The position numbers and the translations under genes were made by a program. This document shows, one piece after another, positions 63,102-64,000 of a stretch of 64,000 bases of DNA (the stretch's first letter is position 1; each line of letters opens with the position of its first letter). The notes below the pieces were generated by a model. It was given only the letters and a program-made list of their open reading frames with translations, did not search any database and had not been told where the DNA came from. This DNA comes from Octopus sinensis (taxonomy: Eukaryota). The stretch lies in the NCBI RefSeq assembly GCF_006345805.1, contig NC_043014.1:40114001-40178000 (forward strand), read 5' to 3'.

Positions 63102-63929
63102 TTGCATATCTGCTAAACTTCCTTCTTCGACCCAGTCCACTGATATTGGAGTATTTTCGTCTATTCCACCTTTTAGGGACATACCTAAACTACAGTTTCC
63201 ACTTTGGCGTACCAAATGAACAAGATGTGTCCTTTTCCCGAGTTCTCCAGGATTATTCGAAATTTTACTAATAGTTAAACCTTTATCTTCGTAGACTGTT
63301 ACTTCATCCTTCTTATAACGAATTCCGTTGTTGTAATTACGACCTGATGACCTCCTCGAATCCGTTCTTAAATCTGCTTCCTGCCAGTTTCTCATGTTGT
63401 TATAATCTTCAAACTTTCTATGTGATTTTGGTGAAATATTATTATCTAAGAAGACACTCTCAACTGCGTCATCGAATTCATCGTAAGATTTATTACTGTT
63501 GTGCATTGATGAGGATCGATTACTGCTCTGTAAATCAGGAGAACGGTTTATGATAAGCTTCTTCAAGTTACCTTGTGATACGATACGTGTTTTACCTGAC
63601 GAGTCCTGGGCGATGACACGTGATCTCTCAGTCCGTGGCAACGTACCTGGACGACAAGCCTGAAGTGCTTGACTATAATTGGCAAATTCCAGTGAGCAAA
63701 TACGATGATAGTCGTCTGAGAGATGGTTTGGTACAAGGTAACTCATTTCCACTAGTAAGACAAGACGTTCAGATGTGTTAATAAGTGGTTTTAAACGGGT
63801 ACATAACATCGGTACCGAGTGATTACGTTGAAATTCTGTGAAAAAATATTTGAATTGTTTGTTTTCATTATCACCAAGCAATTTTTGTGAAAGCTGCCAC
63901 AAAACTAATTCCGAATGACCTTTTTCCAT
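63102..63929 (-). CDS. Exon 1 of HHD-PDZ-PDZ scaffold gene (whirlin/PDZD7/harmonin-like): harmonin-N-like domain plus first half of PDZ1
   Basis: ATG in good context (aatcATGG). KLLGDNENKQFKYFFTEFQRNHSVPMLCTRLKPLINTSERLVLLVEMSYLVP fits the harmonin-homology pattern. HLVRQSGNCSLGMSLKGG...ISVDWVEEGSLADMQ is a PDZ start. Donor CAA|GTAAGT, phase 0 (828 nt). Confidence 0.85.
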
Positions 63930-64000
63930 GATTCGTGTTGAATATAATGTTTTCTTAGAGTATCTCTGAAATTTCTTTTTTAAATAACTGATTAATTTGA

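Overview
AT-rich, repeat-dense eukaryotic genomic DNA. The SINE families, (TA)n/(CA)n microsatellites and long introns look like a coleoid cephalopod, most likely Octopus (recognition from memory, not a database search). Two protein-coding genes are supported and they converge. (1) A single-coding-exon 187-aa multi-pass membrane protein resembling TMEM276 at 12236-12799 (+). (2) A six-exon minus-strand gene that I assembled by hand with consistent splice phases: 63102-63929, 40934-41057, 39468-39573, 36736-36832, 35436-35572, 32029-32539. It totals 1803 nt (600 aa) and encodes a harmonin-N-like domain, two PDZ domains and a Ser/His/Tyr-rich tail, i.e. whirlin/PDZD7/harmonin-like. The rest is mobile DNA: at least four SINE-like families, CR1/L2, RTE and R4/Dong-type LINE fragments, Penelope-like ends carrying minimal hammerhead-ribozyme motifs, a full-length dead Tc1 element, mariner remnants, a non-autonomous Helitron, and a family of GG..CC-ended MITEs with 8-bp TSDs and internal telomere-like repeats. 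There is also a ~1.45-kb 42-bp minisatellite and a ~1.9-kb inverted repeat. The most notable observations are an intact-core hammerhead motif in sense orientation in the last intron of the PDZ gene, the truncated whirlin-like architecture, and a MITE that carries an inverted copy of its own flank. No CRISPR array or prokaryotic system is supported.
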